From Microbacteriaceae bacterium (GTDB lineage Bacteria; Actinomycetota; Actinomycetes; Actinomycetales; Microbacteriaceae), in assembly GCA_017744755.1 (NCBI GenBank), contig JAGIAU010000001.1:1-40103 (forward strand): a stretch of DNA of 40,103 nucleotides. The letters run 5' to 3'. A model generated the notes under the pieces. The model searched no databases and was not told where the DNA came from. It was given only the letters and a program-made list of their open reading frames with translations. Shown here piece by piece: positions 7,786 to 15,611 of this stretch. The first letter of the stretch is position 1; every line of letters begins with the position of its first letter. Made by a program: the position numbers and the translations under genes.

Positions 7786-8684
7786 GCGAGCGCGCGGGCG
7801 AGGACGTCGTCGTGCTCGTACCGGTCGCCGACCTTGAAGCGCTTCTCGCCGATCCGCTCGAAGCCGTGCTTGCCGTAGAAGCGCTGTGCCCGCTCGTTCT
7901 CGTTGTTCACGCCGAGCCAGATGACGCGCGCGCCGCGCGCCCGCGCCGCCCCGATCGACGCCGTCATGAGGACGTGCGCGGTTCCGCCGCCGTGCGCCTC
8001 GGCCCGGACGTAGCACTTGCTCAGCTCGGTCGCCGGCCGGGCCGTCACGACGCGGCGCACGTCCTCGTCGCCCGGCTCGCCGTGCACGAGCATCGTGTAG
8101 CCGAGGAGCGGCTCGAGGTCGTCCGGCGCGAACGCGCGGAGCGCAGCCCGGCGGTGCCCGGCTCGGATCCGCAGGTGCCCTGGGAACACGAGGATCTCGC
8201 GATCCGGGTCGGCGAGATAGCGCTCGAACGCGGCGACGCTGAGGTGCTCGTCGATGAACGCGCGGATCGCGTCCGGCGTCGTGTGCGGCGGGCATGCGAG
8301 CGGGAACGTCGCCGCCGCGAGCTCGTGGAGCGCCTGCGCCTCGTCGGCTCGAGCCGGGCGCACGGCCCAGCCCTCGCCGACTCCGAGCCGTTCGGCCGGA
8401 TCGGGTGCCGCCGCTCGCAGCTCGAGCCCGACGGCCCGGATCATGGCGAACAGTCGCTCGCTGTGCAGCGAGGGCTTCCCGGCCTCGAGCTCGGCGACGT
8501 AGCGCTGGCTGATGCCGAGCCGAGCCGCGACCTCCCGCTGCGTCAGTCCGTTCGCGTACCGCGCCCGCGCGAGCGCCCGGCCGAGCGCCTCCGGGCTGTC
8601 GACCCGATCGACGCGGGCGGGCGCTTCACCCGCCTCGGGCAGCGGGCTGAGCCGGGCGCGATCGTCGCGCGGATGCGAGGTCAT
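7782..8684 (-). CDS. Fusion protein: HipB/XRE-type helix-turn-helix domain + GNAT N-acetyltransferase domain
   Basis: N-terminal LTQREVAARLGISQRYVAELEAGK (HTH). C-terminal VRAEAHGGGTAHVLM...RFYGKHGFE (GNAT acetyl-CoA motif). AAGGAAG Shine-Dalgarno before ATG 8684. Confidence 0.75.
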   Translation of the reverse strand: MTSHPRDDRARLSPLPEAGEAPARVDRVDSPEALGRALARARYANGLTQREVAARLGISQRYVAELEAGKPSLHSERLFAMIRAVGLELRAAAPDPAERLGVGEGWAVRPARADEAQALHELAAATFPLACPPHTTPDAIRAFIDEHLSVAAFERYLADPDREILVFPGHLRIRAGHRRAALRAFAPDDLEPLLGYTMLVHGEPGDEDVRRVVTARPATELSKCYVRAEAHGGGTAHVLMTASIGAARARGARVIWLGVNNENERAQRFYGKHGFERIGEKRFKVGDRYEHDDVLARALA

Positions 8685-8717
8685 GTGGGCTTCCTTGGAG
8701 ACTGTGATGATTACCAA

Positions 8718-8723
8718 ATCGTA
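8718..8723 (-). promoter_or_regulatory. -10-like hexamer TACGAT upstream of the HTH-GNAT operon
   Basis: Matches TAnnnT about 33 nt upstream of ATG 8684, in a locally AT-rich patch and followed by a Shine-Dalgarno. Confidence 0.35.
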
Positions 8724-8982
8724 GTCAGCGGCTCGGCAAGTGGTGCGGAAGTTCGCGGTGCCCGGTGCACGGAGCCCGGTGCGCGGGCCTGCGAGACACA
8801 GACTCCGTGTGCGGGCCCCGAGGTGCGGGGCCGCTGAAGCGCGGTTCCCCTGAGTCGCAGGTCCCGTGTACGGACCCCCGGGATCCTCCCTTTCCGAACC
8901 GGCGGTGTCCACCTCCCCGATCGGGCGCACGCGCGGTCCAGGATGCTCGGCCCGACCCCGGACCGGGGTGTCCTTCCTCTCT

Positions 8983-9000
8983 CCCCCCCCCCCGCCCCCC
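8983..9000. repeat. Homopolymeric tract C11-G-C6 (G-run on the minus strand)
   Basis: Read directly: ctcccccccccccgcccccc. Confidence 0.9.
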
Positions 9001-9009
9001 GAGGGGATT

Positions 9010-9056
9010 GGGCGCAAATGGTCGCTACCCGGCGCGGATGGCGACCATTTGCGCCC
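9010..9056. repeat. Perfect 16-bp inverted repeat gggcgcaaatggtcgc / gcgaccatttgcgccc with a 15-nt spacer
   Basis: Read directly. Relatively AT-rich arms in an intergenic region. Function unknown. Confidence 0.6.
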
Positions 9057-9090
9057 GATCCGGGGAGGTTTTGACCCAGGGGGATCCTGA

Positions 9091-9154
9091 TGAGGAAAAG
9101 GTAGTCACCGTAGTCTCGCGAGTACAGGTGACGGGGGCGGGACGATCCGCCCCC
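9091..9154 (-). terminator. Candidate terminator of the FAD oxidoreductase gene (two tandem hairpins + CTTTTCC)
   Basis: On the minus strand there is an 8-bp stem gggggcgg/ccgccccc (9133-9154). Next comes a 9-bp stem gtcaccgta/tac-a-ggtgac (9104-9132), followed by taccttttcc. Confidence 0.45.
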
Positions 9155-9258
9155 GCGGCACGGACCGCCCCGCCCGCGGGTCGAGCAGGCCCGACGGGCC
9201 GTATCGAGACCCCGGCTCCGCAGGCCGCGGCGCTCGCGCCCGCCCGGCCCGCGGCCGT

Positions 9259-10713
9259 CTACGAGTCGAAGCCGAGGCCGACGGCGTCCATGGTGCGGAG
9301 GAACACGCCGCGGCGCCCCTCCCGGTGGTCGGCCGCATCCATGGCGGCGCGCATCGCGGCCACGCCGACCGAGACGGCCGGCTCCGGCGGGAACGGGAGG
9401 CCGCGGCGCCGGACCATCTCCAGCTCCGTGCGTTCCGTCGCCTCGCCGCCGAGCAGATCGAGCAGCACCTCGGCCGCGAAGCGCGTCGCCCCGACCCCGA
9501 GCCCCGTGAAGCCGGCTGCGTACGCGACGCGCCCGCGCCGTGCGGTCCCGTAGAACGCGGCGAAGCGCGTCGAGGTGTCGATCACGCCGGCCCAGCGGTG
9601 CGAGAAGCGCACGCCGCCGTCGACGCCGCCGGGGGCGAGCTGCGGGAACAGCGCGAGGAAGTGAGCCGCGAGCCTGCGATGCAGGTCCGGCCGGTCCTCG
9701 TAGCGCGCGCGGATCCGCCCGCCGGCGTGGTGGATCGCGTCGTAGCCGCCCCACAGGATCCGGCCCTCGGCGGTGATCTGCGCATAGTGGAACTGGTTCG
9801 CGAGATCGCCGAGGCCCTCGCGCCCGGCCCAGCCGATCGCCTCGCGCTGCGCGGATGTGAGCGGCTCGGTCATGAGCGCGTAGTCGTAGACCGGGATGGT
9901 CATGAGGCGGTTGCGCGCGAGCAGCGAGGGGAACGCGTTGGTCGCGAGCGCCACCTGGCCCGCGCGGATCGTCGCGCCGCCGACGGTCGTGAGCAGCACG
10001 CCCCCCGCCTCGCCCGACAGGGCGCGCACCCGGGAGCGTTCGTAGACCTCGATGCCGAGCCGGTCCGCGGCGGCCGCCAGCTCGAGGACGAGCCGCGCGG
10101 GGTCGACGGTGGCGACGAGCCGGCCGGACTGCAGGGCGGCGCCGAGGACGCCCGGCGCGTGCAGCCGGGCCCGCGCCTCCTCGGCGCTCAGCGCGACGCG
10201 GTCGGCGCCGTCCGCGGCCTCCTGCGTCCACGCGACCTGGTGCTCCTCGAGCGCGAGCTGCAGTGCGCCGACACGCGCGAAGCCGCAGTCGACGCCGAGC
10301 TCGGCGAGGTCCCGCTCGAAGGCGTCGAGGTTCTCCCGGCCGAGCCGCTCGAGCGTCTCGAACTCGTCCGGCCAGCGGCTCCGGCCGTTCTGCTCGCCGT
10401 GCGTGATCGAGGCGTCGACCCAGCCGCCGTTGCGACCGCTCGCCGCCCAGCCGACGCGCGCGGCCTCCAGCACGACGATCCTCCGCCCGGGCTCGCGGCG
10501 CGCGGCGAGGACCGCGGTCCACAGCCCGAGGTACCCGCCGCCGACCACGACGAGGTCGGCGGCGGTCGAGCCGCGGAGCTGCGCGCGCTCGGCCCGGAGA
10601 CCGGCGCGCGCGGCGGCGTCGAGCCAGTGCACGCCGAACGCCGTGCCGACGAGCGTCCGCTCGACGAGGGCGGGGTCGGGGGCGTTGCGCTCGTAGAACG
10701 TGCTGTGCTGCAT
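9259..10713 (-). CDS. FAD-dependent oxidoreductase (DAO family, PuuB/OrdL-like)
   Basis: DLVVVGGGYLGLWTAVLAA dinucleotide-binding motif, followed by SGRNGGW. The 484-aa length is typical of gamma-glutamylputrescine-oxidase-like enzymes. Confidence 0.8.
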   Translation of the reverse strand: MQHSTFYERNAPDPALVERTLVGTAFGVHWLDAAARAGLRAERAQLRGSTAADLVVVGGGYLGLWTAVLAARREPGRRIVVLEAARVGWAASGRNGGWVDASITHGEQNGRSRWPDEFETLERLGRENLDAFERDLAELGVDCGFARVGALQLALEEHQVAWTQEAADGADRVALSAEEARARLHAPGVLGAALQSGRLVATVDPARLVLELAAAADRLGIEVYERSRVRALSGEAGGVLLTTVGGATIRAGQVALATNAFPSLLARNRLMTIPVYDYALMTEPLTSAQREAIGWAGREGLGDLANQFHYAQITAEGRILWGGYDAIHHAGGRIRARYEDRPDLHRRLAAHFLALFPQLAPGGVDGGVRFSHRWAGVIDTSTRFAAFYGTARRGRVAYAAGFTGLGVGATRFAAEVLLDLLGGEATERTELEMVRRRGLPFPPEPAVSVGVAAMRAAMDAADHREGRRGVFLRTMDAVGLGFDS

Positions 10714-10718
10714 GGCTT

Positions 10719-10751
10719 GGCTCCCTGAGCGAGCGTAGCGAGTCGAAGGGC
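10719..10751 (+). repeat. Copy 4 of the ~33-nt GC-rich repeat
   Basis: ggctccctgagcgagcgtagcgagtcgaagggc, in the 59-nt spacer between two minus-strand genes. Confidence 0.7.
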
Positions 10752-10772
10752 CGCCCCCTCAGCCCGCGCCGC

Positions 10773-11750
10773 TCAGTCCGCGACCCGCAGCACCATCTTC
10801 CCGCGGGTGTGGCCCGTCTCCAGCGCCTCGTGGGCGCGCGCCGCGTCGGCGAGGTCGTAGACCTGGTCGACGAACACCCGGACGTCGCCCGACTCGATGA
10901 GCCGCGTCACCACGGCGAGGGCGGTCGCGTCGGGGGCGACGCGGTACTCGGTCGCGCGCACGCCCGCGGCGGCGGCGTCCTCGGCGAGCGTCGGCCAGGA
11001 GCCCGAGGGGACGTTGACGAGGAGTCCGCCGGGCTTGAGGACGTTCAGCGAGCGCGTGCCGGTGTCATCGACCGAGTCGCCCATCAGGTCGATGACGATG
11101 TCGACGGGGGCGATCGCCTCCTCGAACGGTCCGGCGGTGTAGTCGACGACCTCGTGCGCGCCGAGCTCGCGGAGCCAGCCGAGGTTCCGCGAGGATCCGG
11201 TCGCGATGACGTGCGCGCCGAAGAACGCGGCGAACTGCACCGCCAGATGGCCGACGCCGCCGGCGCCGGCGGTGATGAGCACGCGCTGCCCCTCGTGCGC
11301 CTTGGCGACCTCGACGACCGCCCCCCAGGCGGTCAGCGCCGCGAGCGGGACGGCCGCGGCCTCGACGTGGGAGAGGTTCCGGGGCTTCTTCGTGAGGTGC
11401 ATCGCCGAGACCGGCACGTACTCCGCGTAGGTGCCGGGGGTGCGCGGCACGGCGGTCATGCCGTACACCTGGTCGCCGACCTTGATGGGATGCGCCTCGT
11501 AGGGCGACTCGACGACCGTGCCGCTGAAGTCGTTGCCGAGCACGAGCGGCCACGTCGCGGCCGCGGCCGGCCCCCGACCGGCCCGGGTCTTCCAGTCGAT
11601 CGGGTTCACGCCGGCCGCGTGCACGCGCACGAGGAACTCCGCGCTGATGCGCGCCGGCACCGGCACCTCGACGAGCCGCAGCACATCGACGCCACCCGGG
11701 GTCTCCGCGGCGACGGCACGCATGGTGCTCGGGGTGGTCGTGGTGGTCAT
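10773..11750 (-). CDS. Zinc-type alcohol dehydrogenase / NADPH:quinone oxidoreductase family protein
   Basis: VRVHAAGVNPIDWK, ITAGAGGVGHLAVQFA (NAD(P) fold) and C-terminal GHTRGKMVL. GGGAGG Shine-Dalgarno. Confidence 0.85.
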   Translation of the reverse strand: MTTTTTPSTMRAVAAETPGGVDVLRLVEVPVPARISAEFLVRVHAAGVNPIDWKTRAGRGPAAAATWPLVLGNDFSGTVVESPYEAHPIKVGDQVYGMTAVPRTPGTYAEYVPVSAMHLTKKPRNLSHVEAAAVPLAALTAWGAVVEVAKAHEGQRVLITAGAGGVGHLAVQFAAFFGAHVIATGSSRNLGWLRELGAHEVVDYTAGPFEEAIAPVDIVIDLMGDSVDDTGTRSLNVLKPGGLLVNVPSGSWPTLAEDAAAAGVRATEYRVAPDATALAVVTRLIESGDVRVFVDQVYDLADAARAHEALETGHTRGKMVLRVAD

Positions 11751-11806
11751 CGGGCCTCCCGGTCCGCTCGTGCAACCAGTGAATCGCCGGATTGGGTCGT
11801 CGATGT

Positions 11807-11812
11807 TACGTT
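11807..11812 (+). promoter_or_regulatory. -10-like hexamer TACGTT, 9 nt upstream of GTG 11822
   Basis: Matches TAnnnT. Confidence 0.3.
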
Positions 11813-11821
11813 TGCGTCACT

Positions 11822-12553
11822 GTGCTGAAAACAGAAGACGAGCTGCTCGACCCGATCCCCGAGCGGGCAGCGCCGGACGGCGGACCGGAACCCGCCCGCC
11901 GCCGCCGCGGGCATCGGCGCGACGCCGTCATCGTCCTCATCGGCTGCGCGTCCGCCCTCGTCGCCCTCGGCCTCATCTGGGCCGCTCGTGCGGTCGTCCC
12001 GCGGAACCTCTACGTGAGCGAGCTCGGCGTCCCCGGCATGCCGACCGAGCACGTGTTCATGGCCGCGCTGCTGTGCCTCGTGCTCGGCGGCGCCGGGATC
12101 GCCTGGGCGGCGCGCGGGGTCCGCAGCAGGCCGCGAGCGCTCGCCTGGGCGCCGGCCGTCTGGCTGTGGGTGGCGAGCGTCGCGTTCCTGATGGCCTCCC
12201 AGGTGCGCTGCGTCGCGGGCTGCGTCGTCGCGGTCGGCGTCCCGCCGCACCCGGTCGACCTCGTGCACGTCGCGGCGGCGGTGCTGGGCTTCGCCGCCGC
12301 CTGCCTCGCGATGCTGCAGGCCGCGCTCGTGCCCGGCCGTCCGTCCGTCGCTCGGCCCGCGGCGTTCGCCTGCGCCGCGGTCGTCGTGCTCGCCGGGCTC
12401 GGCGGGCTCTTCGGACTGCTGGGCTTCGCGGTGGATGCGAGCACCTGGCTCGAGTTCGCCGGCACGTCGGTGGCGATCTGCTGGCTCGCGGCCTTCGGCG
12501 CGGCGCTCGCGACGGGACACCTCCGCGCCGCGAGCGCCTACGCGCTCGCCTAG
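11822..12553 (+). CDS. Polytopic membrane protein, hypothetical
   Basis: Several hydrophobic spans and high GC3. The start is uncertain (GTG 11822 or TTG 11792). Confidence 0.55.
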   Translation: MLKTEDELLDPIPERAAPDGGPEPARRRRGHRRDAVIVLIGCASALVALGLIWAARAVVPRNLYVSELGVPGMPTEHVFMAALLCLVLGGAGIAWAARGVRSRPRALAWAPAVWLWVASVAFLMASQVRCVAGCVVAVGVPPHPVDLVHVAAAVLGFAAACLAMLQAALVPGRPSVARPAAFACAAVVVLAGLGGLFGLLGFAVDASTWLEFAGTSVAICWLAAFGAALATGHLRAASAYALA

Positions 12554-12557
12554 CGGC

Positions 12558-13223
12558 CTAGCCGGAGACCCTGCCGGCGCGCAGCGTGATGCGCCGCTCC
12601 GCGCGTGCCGCGACCGCGGAGTCGTGCGTCACGACGACGACGGTGAGCCCGCGATCCCGCGACAGGCCTTCGAGGATGTCGACGATCTCGTCCCGGGTGT
12701 CCTCGTCGAGGTTGCCGGTCGGCTCGTCGGCGAGGACGACGGTCGGCTCCTTGACGAGCGCCCGGGCGATCGCGACGCGCTGCTGCTGGCCGCCGGACAG
12801 CTCCGTCGGGTGGTGGTCGGCGCGGTCGGCGAGGCCGACCTGGGCGAGCGCGGCCGCGGCGCGCTCCCGGCGCGCTCCCGCGGGGACGCCGAGCGGCACG
12901 AGGGCCGTCTCGACGTTCTCCCGGGCGGTGAGCGTCGGGATGAGGTTGAAGCCCTGGAAGACGAAGCCGATCGTCTTCGCGCGGACCTCGCCGAGCCGGC
13001 CGTCGGAGGCCTGGGCGAGGTCGTCGCCGCCGAGCCGGACGGAGCCCGCGTCGGGCCGTTCGAGCGCGCCGAGGAGCTGGAGGAGCGTCGACTTGCCGCC
13101 GCCCGTCGGCCCCTGGATGGCGACGAACTGCCCTTCGGGGATGCTGAGGTCGATGCCGGCGATGGCCTGCACCGTCCCGCTCTTCTTCCGGTAGGTCTTC
13201 TTGACGCCGCTGAGTTCGTACAT
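12558..13223 (-). CDS. ABC transporter ATP-binding protein (MacB/LolD-like)
   Basis: Walker A GPTGGGKST, signature LSGGQQQRVAIARAL, Walker B VVLADEPTGNLD and H-loop VTHD. GAAGGA Shine-Dalgarno. Confidence 0.9.
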   Translation of the reverse strand: MYELSGVKKTYRKKSGTVQAIAGIDLSIPEGQFVAIQGPTGGGKSTLLQLLGALERPDAGSVRLGGDDLAQASDGRLGEVRAKTIGFVFQGFNLIPTLTARENVETALVPLGVPAGARRERAAAALAQVGLADRADHHPTELSGGQQQRVAIARALVKEPTVVLADEPTGNLDEDTRDEIVDILEGLSRDRGLTVVVVTHDSAVAARAERRITLRAGRVSG

Positions 13224-13267
13224 GGTCCGTCCTTCGTTCTTCGGGCTGCGGGGTCTCGTCGGCGCCG

Positions 13268-14764
13268 TCACTCGACGGTCCGGAGGGCGGCGGCCGGGCG
13301 CAGCACCGCGGCGCGCCAGCCGCCGAACACGCCCGCGAGCACCGCGCCGAGGAGCGCGAGGCCGACCGCGACGAGCACGACGGCCGGGGTGAGGACGGCG
13401 CTGAGCGTCACGTCGGAGGTCGCCGCGGCGGCCGAGAACGGACCGCCGCCGCCGCCCGGGAAGCCGCCACCGCCGGGGAAGTCGCCGCCCGCGCCGCCGA
13501 ACGCGCGCTGCGTCCCGCCGACCGCGATCGTCGGCGAGATCGCGTTGATGACGAGCACGCCGACGAGCCCGAGCACGACGCCCGCCGCGACGCCGATCGC
13601 GCCGGTGACGAGCGACTCGCCCGCGACCTGGCCGACGATGCGCGAGTTCTTCCAGCCGATCGCCTTGAGCGTGCCGAACTCCCGCGTGCGCCGCGCGACG
13701 CCGGAGACGGTGAACAGGATCGCCGTGACGAACGCCGCCGCGAGCACGAGCGCCGCGAGCCACGTCCCGAGGCTCGAGATGAGCGCGCTCGCGCTCGCGA
13801 GCGAGCTCGACACCGTGCCGGCGAGCTCCGCCTGCGTGTTCACCGTCGCCTCGGGGAGCGCGTTCTGCAGCGCGGTCGCGATCGTGTCGATCGCGTCCGC
13901 GGAGGCTGCCTGGACGTAGACGGTCGTGACCTGGCCGTCGAGGCCGGCGAGGGCCTGTGCGGTGTCGAGCGGCAGGTAGAGGTCCGTCGTCGTGCCGCTC
14001 GTCGCCGTGGAGGCGGCGATGCCGACGATCTCGAGCGCGGCGCCGCCGATCTCGATCGTGTCGCCGACGGCGAGCTCGGCGCCGGTCGCGTAGTCGGCGT
14101 CGAGGACGGCGACGTCGGCCCCCGCGTCGGCGGCCTCGAGGGCGCGGCCGTCGCTGATGGTCGTGGAGGCGAGCGGGCCGACGGTCGGCTGCGCGACGTC
14201 GACGCCGGTGACGCTCACCGTCTCGATGCCGAAGGAGCTGCCGCCGGAGCCGTCCGCGCCGCCGCCGACGTCGAAGCCGGGGCCGCCCTGGCCCGGGGCG
14301 AAGTCCTCGCCGCCCTCGGGCCGCTGCTGGATGTCGGGGAGCTCGCCGGAGAACGTCGTGTTCTGCAGCGTGAGGCTGCCGGCCGCCGCGGCGACGCCGT
14401 CGACGCCCGCCGCGGTGCCGATCGCGGACGCGTCGAAGGCGGTCGTGGTGAACGAGGTCGTCAGCCGGCTCGTCGCGAGCTCCCGCGAGCCGTCGGCCGC
14501 CTCCCCGTCGGCGGCGCCGAAGTCGAACTGCATGCGGGGTCCGCCCGCGCCGCCCTCGGCCGGGGCCGACGCGGCCTGGGTCACGGTGATGTCGGTCCCG
14601 ACGCCGTAGACGGCCTCGAGCGCCTGGGCCTGCGCGTCGCGGACGCCGGCGGCGATCGCGCTGACGACCATGACGAGGGCGACGGCGAGCGCGAGCCCGA
14701 CGGCGATGATGGCGGTCTGCTTGCGGCGCTTGCCGAGCTCCCGGCTGAGGTAGGTGAGGAACAT
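13268..14764 (-). CDS. ABC transporter permease, FtsX/MacB type
   Basis: N-terminal LGKRRKQTAIIAVGLALAV, a large extracytoplasmic domain, and a C-terminal FtsX-like block RTREFGTLKAIGW. Lies directly upstream of the ATPase gene. Confidence 0.85.
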   Translation of the reverse strand: MFLTYLSRELGKRRKQTAIIAVGLALAVALVMVVSAIAAGVRDAQAQALEAVYGVGTDITVTQAASAPAEGGAGGPRMQFDFGAADGEAADGSRELATSRLTTSFTTTAFDASAIGTAAGVDGVAAAAGSLTLQNTTFSGELPDIQQRPEGGEDFAPGQGGPGFDVGGGADGSGGSSFGIETVSVTGVDVAQPTVGPLASTTISDGRALEAADAGADVAVLDADYATGAELAVGDTIEIGGAALEIVGIAASTATSGTTTDLYLPLDTAQALAGLDGQVTTVYVQAASADAIDTIATALQNALPEATVNTQAELAGTVSSSLASASALISSLGTWLAALVLAAAFVTAILFTVSGVARRTREFGTLKAIGWKNSRIVGQVAGESLVTGAIGVAAGVVLGLVGVLVINAISPTIAVGGTQRAFGGAGGDFPGGGGFPGGGGGPFSAAAATSDVTLSAVLTPAVVLVAVGLALLGAVLAGVFGGWRAAVLRPAAALRTVE

Positions 14765-14807
14765 GCCTTGGACGGTATGGAGCCGTCCTATGGTTCCCGC
14801 ATGGCGG

Positions 14808-14851
14808 TGCTATGGATGGGCTGGGAGAACGTTCTCGAGAGTTCCATAGCA
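14808..14851. promoter_or_regulatory. Nested palindromes in the divergent ABC / two-component promoter region
   Basis: TGCTATGGA (14808-14816) and TCCATAGCA (14843-14851) flank the perfect 12-bp palindrome GAGAACGTTCTC (14825-14836). Additional (C/G)TATGG direct repeats lie at 14774-14781 and 14787-14794. Confidence 0.4.
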
Positions 14852-14882
14852 TTCGCATAGGCGGCGGAGTGAGGATCCTCAT

Positions 14883-15611
14883 ATGGCGAAGCGCGAGGAC
14901 GACCGACTGACCCGGGCCGACGGGAGCCCGATCCGGGTCGTCGTCGTCGACGACGAGGAGCCGCTCGCCGACCTGCTCACGATGGCGCTGCGCTACGAGG
15001 GCTGGGACGTTCGCACGGCCGGCACCGGCCAGGCGGCGCTCACGGCGGTGCGGGAGCACCGGCCGGACATCGTCGTGCTCGACGTCATGCTCCCCGACCT
15101 CGACGGCCTCGAGGTGCTGCAGCGGCTCCGCGCGGGCGGGGAGCAGGTGCCGGTGCTGTTCCTCACCGCGAAGGACGCCGTGGCCGACCGCGTCGCGGGC
15201 CTCACGGTCGGCGGCGACGACTACGTGACGAAGCCGTTCAGCCTCGAGGAGCTCGTCGCACGGCTGCGCGCCCTGCTGCGCCGCTCGCCGACGCTCGTCG
15301 ACGGCGAGACCGGCCTGCTGCGCGTCGGCGACCTCGTCATGGACGAGGAGGCCTACGAGGTGAGCCGCGCCGGGGTGCCGGTCGACCTCACGGCGACCGA
15401 GTTCGAGCTGCTGCGCTTCCTCATGCGAAACCCCCGCCGCGTCGTCTCGAAGGACCAGATCCTCGACCGGGTGTGGAGCTACGAGGCGGAGGTCCGGCCG
15501 ACCGTCGTCGAGCTCTACATCTCCTACCTCCGCAAGAAGATCGACACGATCGGCGAGCCGATGATCCACACCGTCCGCGGCTTCGGCTATGTGCTGAAGG
15601 CGCCGGCGTGA
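14883..15611 (+). CDS. OmpR/PhoB-family response regulator
   Basis: Receiver motifs VVVVDDEE and DIVVLDVMLPDLDG. Winged-helix C-terminus VVELYISYLRKKID...VRGFGYVL. Confidence 0.9.
   Translation: MAKREDDRLTRADGSPIRVVVVDDEEPLADLLTMALRYEGWDVRTAGTGQAALTAVREHRPDIVVLDVMLPDLDGLEVLQRLRAGGEQVPVLFLTAKDAVADRVAGLTVGGDDYVTKPFSLEELVARLRALLRRSPTLVDGETGLLRVGDLVMDEEAYEVSRAGVPVDLTATEFELLRFLMRNPRRVVSKDQILDRVWSYEAEVRPTVVELYISYLRKKIDTIGEPMIHTVRGFGYVLKAPA

Noticed and set aside
9087-9094. CUGAUGAG followed by GAAAAG, reminiscent of a hammerhead ribozyme core
   Set aside because: No complementary stem II lies between CUGAUGA and GAAA, and no stem I/III partners or cleavage-site context could be drawn. It is most likely a chance match.
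12558-15569. 1003-aa ORF spanning the ABC ATPase, permease region and response-regulator region
   Set aside because: Only the last 221 codons (12558-13223) are protein-like, with Walker A/B and the ABC signature. The upstream part is an out-of-frame read-through of the permease gene and antisense to the regulator gene.
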